Source: Octopus sinensis
Lineage: Eukaryota
Length of the DNA: 64,000 bases
Assembly: GCF_006345805.1 (NCBI RefSeq)
Contig: NC_042997.1
Span: forward strand, 198,276,001-198,340,000
Reading direction: 5' to 3'
The position numbers and the translations under genes were made by a program. Of this stretch, positions 27,296 to 40,557 are shown in pieces. Position 1 is the stretch's first letter, and every line of letters begins with the position of its first letter. Below the pieces are notes generated by a model. The model was not told the DNA's origin and made no database searches. It saw nothing but the letters and a program-made list of their open reading frames with translations.

Positions 27296-27847
27296 GAGGG
27301 CAAAAGCAGCAACAACTGCAATAAGATAATTATTGTTTCTACGTGAAGCACGAAGCCAGCAGGTTTTGGTGTAACGATGTTTAATCGATTTTATCAACTC
27401 ACAATACCTCACAGAAAGCTTGTTTCATTAATCTTGTGAAGAAAATGCAAAATTTACTTCGGAAGTAAAGACCTAAAACTAACACTGCAAGGTATTTTGT
27501 CCAAAGCACCTCCAACTATTCTAACAATGTATCGCCCTTAAGTGCTTCTGATTTAGGCACAAGTAATTTTGAGGAGAGGGGCCAGTCGAATTCTTCTACC
27601 GCAGTTGTTTCCAGGTACTTTATTTTATCAACCCAGAAAATTTAGACAACAATAAATTTGAAATTAGGCACAAAGCCAGAAATTGAAGACGAGGTATAAT
27701 CGATTATATTGCTGCATAAGATTGATACTATATTTGATCTACCACGAAGGATAAAATCCATAGTTGACCTCGATGGGATTTGAACTCGTAAATATGAAAG
27801 AAACAGAAGATTTTTTTCTGCAAAGTATTCTTCCAACACCCCAACGT

Positions 27848-28083
27848 TTCTTATTTCTTTATTGCCCACAAGGGGCTATACATAGAGGGCACAAACAAGG
27901 ACAGACAAAGGGGTTAAGGCGATTAAATCGACCCCAGTGCGTAACTGGTACTTAATTTATCGACCCCGAAAGGATGAAAGGCAAAGTCGACCTCGGCGGA
28001 ATTTGAACTCAGAACGTAACGGCAGACGAAATACTGCTAAGCATTTCGCCCGGCGTGCTAACGTTTCGGCCATCTCGCCGCCT
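27848..28083 (-). mobile_element. SINE S2
   Basis: Full reverse-complement copy. Confidence 0.88.
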
Positions 28084-29032
28084 TAAACGCCCCGAGGGGT
28101 CTGCAAATGTATCGCTGCCTGATTACGTACATAAACTAGAAATTTGGGCACGGGTTCAGTCGATTCAAGTGACTCCAGTATGTGACTGACAGTTTATTTT
28201 GGCTACCCCAGTGAGAGGAAAAGTAAAGTTGACTTTGATGTGATTTGAACTTAGAACATAGAGACACAAAAATATGCTAGCTACACAATCTATTCTTTTA
28301 ACACGTCCTTCAAATATGCAGTCTAGCTGTTACCCTACATAAGACATTGTGATGTTTATTATTTGATGTTTCTTTGTGTTTTATATATCACATTCATTTT
28401 GACAACTACGTATGTCACTAGTATATGCATTCAATCATTTCTATGCAGACTCGAATATAAACAGAATTGTCAGTTGTAGCGTTGTAGGATTAGGATTTCT
28501 TATCTTTTCTCCACATTGAAATAATTTCGTTCTGTTATTTTTTTCGATGTAACATTTATAACAAATATTTTTACAGAATAAAGACATTGAATTAAGCCAA
28601 TGAAGTGCTTCCACAAATGTAATAAAATACATATGTTATGCAGCTGCTGATATTCACCAGATTTTCTCACGTTTCTGTTGACCTGGAAAACAATAAATTT
28701 CTCTTCTTCAAATCAAAAATTAGTTACGGTTTTCTCAAACAGAACTTCACATACTTCTGGGTAACCATTTAATAGGTTTAAACGCGACGTCTTGAACAAA
28801 TATTTCTCTTACTTCGTCTTCATTTTTGATATTAAAGAATATCAAAAGATCGATATCAACCAACAGCAAACAGTCTTGCATTTTTATGTGCTGGGGGGTG
28901 AATATTCGTGAAAAAAAATCAATAGCGAGCTAAAACCAGAAGCAAAATGTAAATAGATATTATGCACACACACACATAGATACAGATAAAGCAAACTTTT
29001 GTGTCATAGTGTCTGTATATGCACAGAATGCG

Positions 29033-29064
<32 letters not shown>

Positions 29065-29903
29065 AAAGATATTTGTTGTATACAAAATTACTTAGTCACG
29101 CAAGAATTTGTTGCGTACAAAATTATATAGGCACACAAGCCTCTGTTTATGTAAATATACGTGGGCATTTAATGTTTGTTTGTACACTTTTTTTCCAAAC
29201 CAGCCGGCTGAGGAGCGAGATTGTCTGTGACGATGGCAATTTCTTCTATATTTTACACTCGTGAGATTGATGCGGTTTAAATTGAAACATCTGTAAATAA
29301 ATAAGTTTAGGAAAACTTGATCGGAAAGGAATTTCAATGTTTTGCATTTCTGAGGATTGGGAGAAATATTTCTTTAGAAGTATATTAAAGAAACATGATG
29401 GGTAGGTTTGATTGTTCTGAGAAGAGTAAATCGATTAGTTGTTTCAGTGGAGCAAACCCCCTAGATGTAATACAATCAGTTGTGAGGGAAATCATGAGAT
29501 TTTGAGACAATGGTTAGCATTGTTATTGCTTAACACCAAATCATCTATTTTCGAACGGATCCACATAAAGCTAGTTTGTCTCGAGAGACGGGGCATATAC
29601 GGATTTCTGGTGCGATTAGGCGATTGAAAGTTCAAGACTCTTCTTTGTCTTCGTGCCTGTAACTCATCTTAAGTTGGGTTAGGCTGGAGCAACGTGAAAT
29701 GAAGTGACCAGCATGATTTATTCCTGAAAAAATGAATCCACGAATTAACGATCGTGAGTCCAGTACATCAACGACCAGGTCACTCGCCATTAACGCATGG
29801 CCGCATAGCAATAGTTGAAGCCAATATCAGAATACAAGAAATGATTAACATTCAAGAAATGAACGAACATGTTGCTTGTCCATCGATTGGAGTAGAATCC
29901 AGA

Positions 29904-29940
<37 letters not shown>

Positions 29941-29959
29941 TGTATATCACCACCACCAC

Positions 29960-30256
29960 CACCGTGTCCGACCAGGCTATCAGATGTTGCTACACATCGC
30001 TGATCACAATGCGCTTTGCATTGTTTTAGCCTTCAAATGATGCCACCGCGCTGGCTAAGCGAGCAGGCCAACAGAAGAGTGAGAGAAAGTTGTGGTGAAA
30101 GAGTACAGCAGGGATCACCACCATCCCCTGCCGGAGCCTCGTGGAGCTTTTCGGTGTTTTCGCTCAATAAACACTCACAACGCCCGGTCTAGGAATCGAA
30201 ATCGCGATCCTACGACCGCTAGTCCGCTGCCCTAACCACTAGGCCATTGCGCCTCC
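29960..30256 (-). mobile_element. tRNA-derived SINE S3
   Basis: Minus-strand head GGAGGCGCAATGGCCTAGTGGTTAGGGCAGCGGAC...GATTTCGATTCC; copies at 37099, 46765, 48810, 51437. Confidence 0.85.
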
Positions 30257-30263
30257 ATGCCTC

Positions 30264-30302
<39 letters not shown>

Positions 30303-31307
30303 GAACACACGCACGCGCACACATATGCATATTTATAAATACGGACTAAGACAATTTGTCACATACGGAGTTTAGTTATGCAGCTCGTCGCATGAAGATA
30401 ATGTAAGGAACAATATAGGGACTGGTCCGTAGAGGAATTCAGTGACGGGAGAAATTTTAGAACGTATCAACTGTGAAGAAATTAGATGTGGGGAAACAGT
30501 GTTTGTGAGGTGTTTTATTATGCGTATCATGAGAATTTAGAAGTGAAATGGGGAACAAATGTGAAGCTTCTTTCAGCTTGCTTGAAGAAATGCTGTGCGG
30601 GAGGGACTTCTTAAAGATGACAGAGAATATTTTGTCAAGAAACCAGTCGGTTCCTCTACAATTTAGAATCGGAACCATGTGTGATGAACGAAACTATTTC
30701 TTACTTTACACATGGTAACCTTGAAATCGGGCGGTTGACGAGTTCGTTCAGATATTGAAGGTAGTGCTATATGTATGCACTGCTGTAGCATAGCTGTGTG
30801 CGAACTGCTTAGAGGTTATGATCTTATATGTCTGTATATATAGGAAAATACGTGAAATCCCATTGCTCAAGGGATGGTTTAGAGTGGTTAGTGACGAAAC
30901 ATTTTCACTGCATGGGGGTGGGGGCGACATGGTTCTGACGAAGCTACGACCGGTCAGAATGTTCTAATGGCCTTAGATTCTGAAGCAATGCTTTGTTGTT
31001 GGAAATTGTGAGGATGTTTTACCTTGATAAAACAATTTGTAGAACTAGAACGGTCGTGTAAACTTTAGGTTTAGCGGTGAGAAGTAGACCATGATATTTT
31101 ATATATTTTGCAAGAAAACGAGCAGGTGTTGATACCAACTGCTTGAAGCGGTTGACGGTAACAAACAAATCGGTTTCTCCATCAGTTGACTTGGTATTGA
31201 ACGAGAGCAAGGTTATGTTGTGTACATTGTAGTCACGGAAGAGCATAACTTCAGAAGCAGCAATACGAAATCGATTTTCATTGCAGGAAGTCTGATTATC
31301 ATTGAAG

Positions 31308-31389
<82 letters not shown>

Positions 31390-31611
31390 AGAAGGATTTA
31401 AAAGAATAGAAAAGACATTCTTGACGCAAATTGACAAGCTAAGAGGTAAGAATGATGGCGTTTTTGTATATGAAGAAAACCTTTCTGAGCAATGCAGGAA
31501 TATAGAATGTAGTGTGAAAAAGAAATATTTGAGAGCTCTATCTATGGCTTGTGAGAGGTGGTGGGTGAATTATGACTCTGACCAAAATTATCAAATGTTG
31601 AATGTAAAACC

Positions 31612-31792
31612 TGAATGAAAAAGATGAATGAAGATTATCAAACGAATGAAAAAGGTAAATGAAAATTATCAAACGAATCAAAAAGATGAATGAAGATTAT
31701 CAAACGAATGAAAAAAGGTGAATGAAAATTATCAAACGAATCAAAAAGATGAATGAAAATTATCAAACGAATGAAAAAGGAGAATGAAAATT
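31612..31792 (+). repeat. ~31-bp tandem minisatellite, about 6 units
   Basis: GAATGAAAAAGATGAATGAAGATTATCAAAC repeated. Confidence 0.85.
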
Positions 31793-31829
31793 CTCTAAGG
31801 GCTCTAAGTTATGTTTCATAAATGAGTTA

Positions 31830-34740
31830 CACATACCACAGTATGCTGTACTACGGACCGACAGGAAAGAAAGGAGTCATGGAGGTGTTGCTATGTACAT
31901 CCGTGAGGACCTCACACCCCAGGTCCTCTTGTCATACTCAAACTCGGTGTGTGACACACTAATTGTACATATTAGGCAACTTGATGTAGTTGTGTGTGCT
32001 ACATATCGCCCTCCAGATGCCCCAAGCCATGTGGGCAAGTTTGAAGACTGCCTTATAAAAATAGAAGAAATTCTAACCACATTAGAACAACACATAGGTG
32101 TGCTTCTTATGGGAGACTTCAATCTGCCCAATGTCAGATGGCCCGAGGGCCTTTCTCTCCCAGGAATGACAAGATGTGAACGAGGACAGGCGAGGTCCCT
32201 CCTGAACCTCATCAACACCCTGTACATGGAGCAGGTAATACTCCAACCAACCAGGGCAGGTAACACACTGGATCTCTGCTTCACAAATGACATGGATCTC
32301 ATCCATAATGTGAAAGTGACACCGACACTACTCTCGGATCACAACATGATAGAGCTGACCATGTACGGGCCAAAAGAGAGCACGGACATGCAGCCTACAA
32401 GAAACCCTCAAAATCTTTCCAGCTTGAACTACTATAAGGCAAACTGGAAACAAATTGAGAAAGAGATCCTCAAACAAAACTGGCCTAAATGTCTCTCCTC
32501 GCCAGACATCGACGTGAAACTTCAACAATTCATGTCTGTAATGCAAGCCATATGCTACAAATGTGTCCCAGAGAGAAAGGCCACTGTACACAAGAACAAA
32601 ATCCCCAGAGAGAGGAAAATTTTAATGAGACGGCGTACGAAATTTTCAAATCGCCTAAACAAACAGATTGAAAGCAGTGAAAAGTCCCGCCTAAAAATAA
32701 AACTGTTGGAAATCGAAAAATGTCTGCAACTTTCCCATGAAAAAGAAAGAGCAGACAAAGAAGCCTGGGCTATAGAAAACATAAAATCTAACCCCAGAGC
32801 TTTCTACAGGTATGCCAAAGAAACAGCTACAGTGTACTGTAGAATAGGGCCACTCCTCGAAAAGGATGGCACACTTACAGGAAAACCAATGAGGGTAAGT
32901 GAAATACTGAATGAGCAATTCAAGAGTGTTTTCACTCCACCCCTTGGGCATCTCCAAATCACCAATCCAACTGACTTTTTTACCACTGCAGATATAAAAT
33001 CAGAGGTGGCGACGATAGATTACATCGATATAAAGGAAGACGATGTAACCAAGGCTATAGATGAAATGAAAACAGACTCAGCTACTGGCCCCGATGGATT
33101 CCCGGCAATCCTCCTAAAAGCATGTAAGAGAGTCCTAGCAAGTCCACTGCAGTTCCTCTTTCAGAGCTTCCTTGCAGCTGGCAAACTTCCAGGAAAACTG
33201 AAGGAAGGTAAAATATGCCCCATTCATAAAGGAGGTAGCAGAGCGGAAGCCAAGAACTATAGACCTATCTCTCTGACCTCACACATCAGCAAGGTCATGG
33301 AACGAATAGTCAGAAGGAAGCTGATCACCTTCCTTGAAGAGAATGACTTGCTGCCCGACACCCAACATGGTTTCCGACCAGGGAGAAGCTGTTTAACTCA
33401 GCTCCTACAACACTATGACTGGGTGCTGAAACGGCTGCTCAACCACTCAAATGTGGAAGTGATATATCTCGACTTTGCAAAGGCCTTTGATAAAGTCGAT
33501 CATGGAATGATATGTCACAAACTGCGTGATCTCAACATAGTTGGAAAACTGGGAGAATGGCTTCATGACTTTCTGAAGGATAGAAGTCAGGTGGTAGTAG
33601 CCAATGGGGCCACCTCCATTAACACACAAATAGTGAGCGGTGTTCCGCAGGGCACTGTTCTGGGACCACTACTGTTCATAATGGCCCTCTCAGACATACC
33701 CTCAGCCACGCAGAGAGCCACGATCACAAGTTATGCAGATGATACAAAAGTTTCACAGGCAATACAGAACCCTGAGGACACTAAACACCTGCAATGTGAG
33801 CTGGACGAAATATACAAGTGGGCTGAAAAGAATAGCATGCAGTTCAATGCTGGAAAGTTTCAAGCTTTATACTATCAGCATGCAAAACTGAATGCAATAC
33901 CCAATGAATACACTGGACCCGGAGGGATTGCAATCCCAGAGGCACAATCAGTGCGTGACCTGGGTATTCACATGAGTGATGACGCGACCTTTCATGTACA
34001 TGTTGCTAAACTGACAATGAAATGTAGACGGCTGGCTGGATGGATTCTTAGAACCTTTAGAACAAGAGAACAAGAAACCATGATGGTCCTCTGGAAGACA
34101 CTTGTCCTAAGCCACTTTGACTATTGCTCTCAGCTATGGTCACCATCCAGTGTCAAGTTGATCACAGAACTTGAGGCGATCCAACGAAGCTACACAAAGA
34201 AGATAGCCTCTATGCAGAATGTAAGCTACTGGGAAAGACTCAAGAGATTAAAATTATATTCCATGGAGCGTAGGCGGGAAAGATATGCCATAATATACAT
34301 CTGGAAGATCCTGGAGGGAAGTGTCCTGAACTTTGGCATCGAGAGTTACGCAAATGCCAGAACTGGGCGCCACTGCGTGGTGCCTAGGACTCCAAACCTG
34401 CCATCAAGATGTAGGACAAGATTCTGTGATAGCCTGGGCTTCCGAGGCCCACAGCTCTTCAATATCCTCCCGAAGAACCTGAGAGACCTGCATGGGGTGG
34501 ATACAGATGTCTTTAAAATGAAGCTGGATCTCTTCCTGTCAGGTGTCCCAGATGAACCAACTTCACGGCAGGAGGGGCAGATGAGGGCAGCTGCATCGAA
34601 CTCTCTCATGCACCAAATAGCAGTTGCTAGAAAGCCTCCATGAAGTGAAACCAAGTAGCAACACCAAATGGCGGTGCCCCAGCATGGCCACAGCTCATAA
34701 GCTGAAACTAGAATCAATCAATCAATCAATCAATCAATCA
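31830..34740 (+). mobile_element. 5'-truncated CR1-group LINE
   Basis: APE+RT ORF, short 3' UTR with stem-loop, (AATC)n tail 34712-34740. Confidence 0.93.
31893..34643 (+). CDS. non-LTR retrotransposon ORF2 (APE endonuclease + reverse transcriptase), N-terminally truncated
   Basis: 916-aa ORF: YRPP, GDFNLP, TLDL, SDH (APE); NYRPISLTS, QHGFRPGRSC, YLDFAKAFDKVDH, GVPQGTVLGPLLF, YADD, DLG (RT). Frame continues upstream as HIPQYAVLRTDRKERSHGGVA but lacks the first APE motifs. Confidence 0.95.
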   Translation: MYIREDLTPQVLLSYSNSVCDTLIVHIRQLDVVVCATYRPPDAPSHVGKFEDCLIKIEEILTTLEQHIGVLLMGDFNLPNVRWPEGLSLPGMTRCERGQARSLLNLINTLYMEQVILQPTRAGNTLDLCFTNDMDLIHNVKVTPTLLSDHNMIELTMYGPKESTDMQPTRNPQNLSSLNYYKANWKQIEKEILKQNWPKCLSSPDIDVKLQQFMSVMQAICYKCVPERKATVHKNKIPRERKILMRRRTKFSNRLNKQIESSEKSRLKIKLLEIEKCLQLSHEKERADKEAWAIENIKSNPRAFYRYAKETATVYCRIGPLLEKDGTLTGKPMRVSEILNEQFKSVFTPPLGHLQITNPTDFFTTADIKSEVATIDYIDIKEDDVTKAIDEMKTDSATGPDGFPAILLKACKRVLASPLQFLFQSFLAAGKLPGKLKEGKICPIHKGGSRAEAKNYRPISLTSHISKVMERIVRRKLITFLEENDLLPDTQHGFRPGRSCLTQLLQHYDWVLKRLLNHSNVEVIYLDFAKAFDKVDHGMICHKLRDLNIVGKLGEWLHDFLKDRSQVVVANGATSINTQIVSGVPQGTVLGPLLFIMALSDIPSATQRATITSYADDTKVSQAIQNPEDTKHLQCELDEIYKWAEKNSMQFNAGKFQALYYQHAKLNAIPNEYTGPGGIAIPEAQSVRDLGIHMSDDATFHVHVAKLTMKCRRLAGWILRTFRTREQETMMVLWKTLVLSHFDYCSQLWSPSSVKLITELEAIQRSYTKKIASMQNVSYWERLKRLKLYSMERRRERYAIIYIWKILEGSVLNFGIESYANARTGRHCVVPRTPNLPSRCRTRFCDSLGFRGPQLFNILPKNLRDLHGVDTDVFKMKLDLFLSGVPDEPTSRQEGQMRAAASNSLMHQIAVARKPP

Positions 34741-35072
34741 TACGTTCATCTCTCCTTTTTGTCTTACGTTTATTGCACTCACTCCCTTTACGATCCCTGT
34801 AAAAATATGTTAAACGGTGAATGCTGGTGAATTATATGACTTTCCTTTCGAAGCTCTGTTCTCGATAGGCCAACAGTCATGAACTGCAAAGAATTCGGGA
34901 TTATACGCCAGGAAACACAAAATCTTCTCCAAGCGTCTGTATCTGGTCTACAATACATATCGAAACCAAGGAGCATACTACATAGTCAGCCTCGCTTGCG
35001 AATGGGTTGTGTGAATGTGCATGCGTGAGCACAGATCTATAATAACTATAAAATCAGCAGGAAAAATAAATA

Positions 35073-35462
35073 GGCGCAGGAGTGGCTATGTGGTAAGTAG
35101 CTTGCTAACTAACCACATGGTTCCGGGTTCAGTCCCACTGCGTGGCACCTTGGGCAAGTGTCTCCTACTATAGCCCCGGGCCGACCAATGCCTTGTGAGT
35201 GGATTTGGTAAACGGAAACTGAAAGAAGCTTGTCGTATATATGTATATATATATATATGTGTGTGTGTGTTTGTGTGTCTGTGTTTGTCCCCCTAGCATT
35301 GCCTGACAACCGATGTTGGTGTGTTTACGGCAAAAGAGACCGATAGAATAAGTACTGGGCTTACAAAAGAATAAGTCCCGGGGTCGAGTTGTTCGACTAA
35401 AGGCGGTGCTCCAGCATGGCCGCAGTCAAATGACTGAAACAAGTAAAAGAGTAAAAGAGTAA
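35073..35462 (+). mobile_element. SINE S1, full length
   Basis: Head GGCGCAGGAGTGGCT, B-box GGGTTCAGTCCC, tail GGCGGTGCTCCAGCATGGCCGCAGTCAAATGACTGAAAC(AAGAGTAA)n. Confidence 0.9.
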
Positions 35463-36141
35463 ATAGACAAAGATCTATAAAATGCACAGATATGGCACAA
35501 AAGGGAAAGACGTGTGCATAGAAATGGAATCACATAACAGAGCTGTAGAAGTAAATAATGAATTTGTAGTTTGTATTAATTACAAACATGGAAGATACAA
35601 AAGATCTTTAATTCTGCTGCTGCTGCAAACTCTGCAGACGTACAGCATGGTAAATTCGATAGATTACCGCCGCCCCCACCCTCCCCTCACATTTCGTTCA
35701 TTCCCGCTGTTTCGCATCCCTAAGCAACAATAACCGTTATCATTCAATGGTGGAAAGTCATATTAATTAAATCCGTTCGGCACTGATAAATAATATGTTT
35801 GCATGCACAGAAATATGGAAATTCATGTTCACACAATAAACATAGATGCACACACACACATAAATAATAAATGTTCAAATAAATGAACATGTGTATGTAC
35901 ATAGATACATTCATATATATATATATGTGCATATATACATATATATATATGTATATATATATATATGTATGTATATATATATATATATGTATGTATATAT
36001 ATATGTATGTATATATATATATATGTATGTATATATATATATATATGTATATATATAATATATGTATGTATATATATATATATATATGTGTGTATATATA
36101 TATATATATATGCGAGAAAGAAGCAACAAGAATGGATAGGT

Positions 36142-36232
36142 TTTTAGTACGATCGTTTCATACAAGGACAGGTTTTATTAAAAGTTGCAAAGATTACAGC
36201 ATATAAACGAGTCCCGTACTCATCAGCTAAAA
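36142..36232 (-). ncRNA. minimal type-I hammerhead ribozyme motif, mirror copy
   Basis: Reverse complement of 36690-36780. Confidence 0.75.
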
Positions 36233-36689
36233 TACATGTGAGTTCTCTAGACATCCTAGTGTTTGAGGCTATACTCATGAAGTAATGTAGATAATTAAGT
36301 AACATAAACAGATTTCTAAAGTTCATAAAAGTTCTTTAAAGATGATGTACAGTCTTATCACAGAATTTTAAAAAAGTTTTGATAGCATCACAGAGAAGGT
36401 GACCTAATCCATATGAATTTCCATAGATATGATGAGGGATTATATACTCACAGAAGACAAATTTGTCTTCTGTGAGTATATAATCCCTCATCATATCTAT
36501 GGAAATTCATATGGATTAGGTCACCTTCTCTGTGATGCTATCAAAACTTTTTTAAAATTCTGTGATAAGACTGTACATCATCTTTAAAGAACTTTTATGA
36601 ACTTTAGAATCTGTTTATGTTACTTAATTATCTACATTACTTCATGAGTATAGCCTCAAACACTAGGATGTCTAGAGAACTCACATGTA

Positions 36690-36780
36690 TTTTAGCTGAT
36701 GAGTACGGGACTCGTTTATATGCTGTAATCTTTGCAACTTTTAATAAAACCTGTCCTTGTATGAAACGATCGTACTAAAA
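36690..36780 (+). ncRNA. minimal type-I hammerhead ribozyme motif with long stem-loop II
   Basis: TTTTAG-CTGATGA(36696-36702)-GTACGGGAC...GTCCTTGTAT-GAAA(36763-36766)-CGATCG-TA-CTAAAA; GUA triplet. Confidence 0.78.
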
Positions 36781-37027
36781 ACCTATCCATTCTTGTTGCT
36801 TCTTTCTCGCTTATAATCACCCCACATTACTGTATTGTTAAATCAGTATAGTTTTTTTTGGTGCATCTAAGTTAGGTACCATATTCAAGTAAATTCATTT
36901 AAATTAACTTGAATCTTTATTGCTCTTATATATATATATGTGTATATATATATATATATGTATATTATATATATATAATATATATGTATATATATATGTA
37001 TATATATATATATATAATATATATATA

Positions 37028-37067
<40 letters not shown>

Positions 37068-37098
37068 TATATATATATTATATATATACATACACATG

Positions 37099-37360
37099 TG
37101 GAGGCCCAATGGCCCAGTGGTTAGGGCAGCGGACTAGCGGTCGTAGGATCGCGGTTTCGATTCTCAGACCGGGCGTTGTGTGTGTTTATTGAGCGAAAAC
37201 ACCTAAAGTTGCACGAGGCTCCGGCAGGGGGTAGTGGCAACCCCTATTGTACCCTTTCACCCCAAGTTGCTCTCACTCTTTCTTCCTGTTTATTGAGTAA
37301 CGCTGCGATGGACTGGAATCCAATGCACCTGGCTAGGCTTGAAAAAGGGCGCATAAAAAT
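37099..37360 (+). mobile_element. chimeric SINE (S3 5' part joined to S4 3' part)
   Basis: S3 head to about 37290, then GAGTAACGCTGCGATGGACTGG...CCTGGCTAGGCTT as in 2271-2365. Confidence 0.65.
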
Positions 37361-37539
37361 AAAAAAATATATATATATATATATACATATACAAACAAAC
37401 AAACACACACAGACACGCACATATATATATATGTGTGTGTGTGTAGCTGCGTACGTCCTCGGTGGGCTAAAACCCACTGTATTCTTAATACAGCGCTTGA
37501 TATGAAGCCTTGACTATCTATATTTCTATCCCGAAAGGC

Positions 37540-39150
37540 TCCGGGCGAAATGCTTAGCGGTATTTCGTCTGTCGTTACGTTCTGAGTTCAAATTCCGCCG
37601 AGGTCGACTTTGCCTTTCATCCCTTCAGGGTCGATAAATAAAGTACCAGTTTCGCACTGGGATCGATGCAATCGACTTAACCCCTTTGTGCGTCCTTGTT
37701 TGTTCCCTCTATGTTTAGCCCCTTGTGTGCAGTTAAGAAATAGGCATATTTCTATCCCGGGACTTTGAAATAGGTGCAGTTCTGCTGATGCAGGAACACC
37801 AGTTTGTAAACATTTCGGGTAGTAAAATATAATTCAGAAGACAAAGACTGCATTTAACGCATTTTAATAATCGTTAACAATTGTTTCCGTACCACTTTGT
37901 TTTTAACCATATTACATGTGAATGATTCCGTTTGAAAAATTAATCACGCAGGAGTGGCTGTGTGGTAAGTAGCTTGCTAACCAACCACATGGTTACGGGT
38001 TCAGTCCCACTGCGTGGCATCTTGGGCAAGTGTCTTCTGCTATAGCCCCGGGCCGACCAATGCCTTGTGAGTGGATTTGGTAGACGGAAACTGAAACAAG
38101 CCTGTCGTATATATGTATATATATATTATATATATATATATATAATATATATATATATATGTATGTGTGTGTTTGTGTGTCCCCCTAGCATTGCTTGACA
38201 ACCGATGCTGGTGTGTTTACGTCCCTTAGCGGTTCGGCAAAAGAGACCGATAGAATAAGTACTGGGCTTACAAAGAATAAGTCCCGGGGTCGATTTGCTC
38301 GACTAAAGGCGGTGCTCCAGCATGGCCGCAGTCAAATAACTGAAACAAGTAAGAGAGTAAAGAGAGATAGTGTTTTGAATATGTCGGAAGGATATATTTC
38401 AATTAAGTCTTAAATCGTGCTTTTATACGTAAGCAATGACACGTACAAGTTCTCCGTTTATATATAAGCAACGCCAAATACATATTCTTTGCATGTCGGA
38501 GTGGCTGTGTGGTAAGTAGCTTGCTTACAAACCACATGCTTCCGGGTTCAGTCCCACTGCGTGGCACCTTGGGCCAGTGTCTTCTACTATAGCTTCGGGC
38601 TGACCAAAGCCTTGTTAGTGGACTTGGTAGACGAACACTGAAAGAAGACCGTCGTATATATGTATGGGTGTGTATATGTTTCTGTGTCTGTGTTTGTTCC
38701 CCTCCCCTCAACATCGCTTGACAACCGATGCTGGGGTCGATGTAATCAACTTAATCCGTTTGTCTGTCCTTGTTTGTCCCCTCTGTTTGTAGCCCCTTGT
38801 GGTCAGTAAAGAAATAGGTATTTCGTCTGCCGTCACGTTCTGAGTTCAAATTCCGCTGAGGTCGACTGTACCTTTCATCCTTTCGGGGTCGATTGAATAA
38901 ATACCATTTACGCACTGGGGTCGATATAATCGACTTGATCCGTTTGTCTGTCCACTCCCTTGTGAGTAGTAAAGAAATAGTTATTTCGTCTGTCTTTATG
39001 TTTTGAGTTCAAATTCCACCGAAGTCGACTTTGCCATTCATCCTTTCGGAATCGATAAATTAAGTACCAGCTGCGTACTTGGGTCGATCTAATCGACTGG
39101 CTCACTGGCTCAAAATCGACTAACTCAGAAACTTCGCGCCTTGTGCCTAG
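37540..39150 (+). mobile_element. SINE cluster (S2 37540-37745, S1 37946-38365, S1 38498-38733, S2 multimer 38733-39150)
   Basis: Matches to the S1 and S2 family sequences defined by other copies in the window. Confidence 0.85.
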
Positions 39151-39657
39151 ATTAGAAAAGCATATTTAAACCGATCTCATTGGTCGTCTCTGCCAAGAAG
39201 AAACCACCATTCATACCAAACCACTTTCTCCATATACGAATGCATGAATATCTGAATATACAGATGATGATCGATTTACGTACTTTAGAGTTGTAAACAG
39301 TCTGTAAGGAAATTATACGAAATTTTGAGAAAAATCTCTTGATTAACAAGATAACACAATGTGACTGCACTTTTGCATATCTAAACGACAATCTCTTTCT
39401 CATACGTGCGTACATACATACATGCATGCATACATACAATAATATACATATATATATATTAGATATATTTATACATATACATGTATATGCAAGTATGTGT
39501 GTATGTATATATATATATATATTAGATATATTTATGCATATATATGTATATGCAAGTATGTGTATATATATTAGATATATTTATACATATATGTGTATAT
39601 GCAAGTACGTGTGTGTATATATATATGTATATACAAGTATGTGTATATATATATGTG

Positions 39658-39701
<44 letters not shown>

Positions 39702-40094
39702 TATATATATATGCATATAGATAGAGAGGTGGATAAAGAGAGATAGTGTGAGAGAGAAAGAGAGAAAAAAAGATGTATAGTGGGAGGTGTGGAAACGATA
39801 TTAGGATAAAATATACCGCGGATATGTCGCAGTGACTATGGCGAGAAATTATCATTAAAATCATAAATTTGATTTCATATATTTTTAGTGTTTGAGAAAA
39901 TATAAGCGAATACTACTGGAAGTAATTAACAGTTATTGCTAATCGTAATGTGTGAAATATTACACATAATATACAGAAAACTTGTTTACGAGATAAGAAA
40001 TATTTATCACCAGTTCACCTTTGAATATTGCTCATTTGCATTGGGTAAAGCAGATTTCACATATACATGCAAACAAAGACAACTACACACAACA

Positions 40095-40143
<49 letters not shown>

Positions 40144-40160
40144 ACACACACACACATACA

Positions 40161-40194
<34 letters not shown>

Positions 40195-40483
40195 GACACA
40201 GAGAGTGATCTCATAATGTGTGCGTGCACAAAATATGCATGTATTCATGTTTGAGTACATTTATGTATATATGTACGCGTATATATCAATATATATGCGT
40301 ATATATGCACATATATGCATATTATATGCATATATATATATATGTGTGTGTGTGTGATAAATGTATGTGTCTATATATTTGTATATCTACAAACCTGCAT
40401 ATATATATATATATGTATATATATATGTGTATATATATATGTCGATATGTACAAAACCTCTTCATACCTTTCATATATATATG

Positions 40484-40557
<74 letters not shown>

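Larger units (their letters stand above)
36112..36810. repeat. near-perfect 699-bp palindrome with no spacer
   Basis: Arms 36112-36461 and 36462-36810, axis ...AGACAAA|TTTGTCT...; one single-base indel seen. Confidence 0.97.

Noticed and set aside
31612-31792. CRISPR-like periodic repeat
   Set aside because: Contiguous tandem units without unique spacers in eukaryotic DNA.
31877-34717. Minus-strand and alternate-frame ORFs overlapping the LINE ORF2
   Set aside because: Shadow frames of the RT coding sequence.
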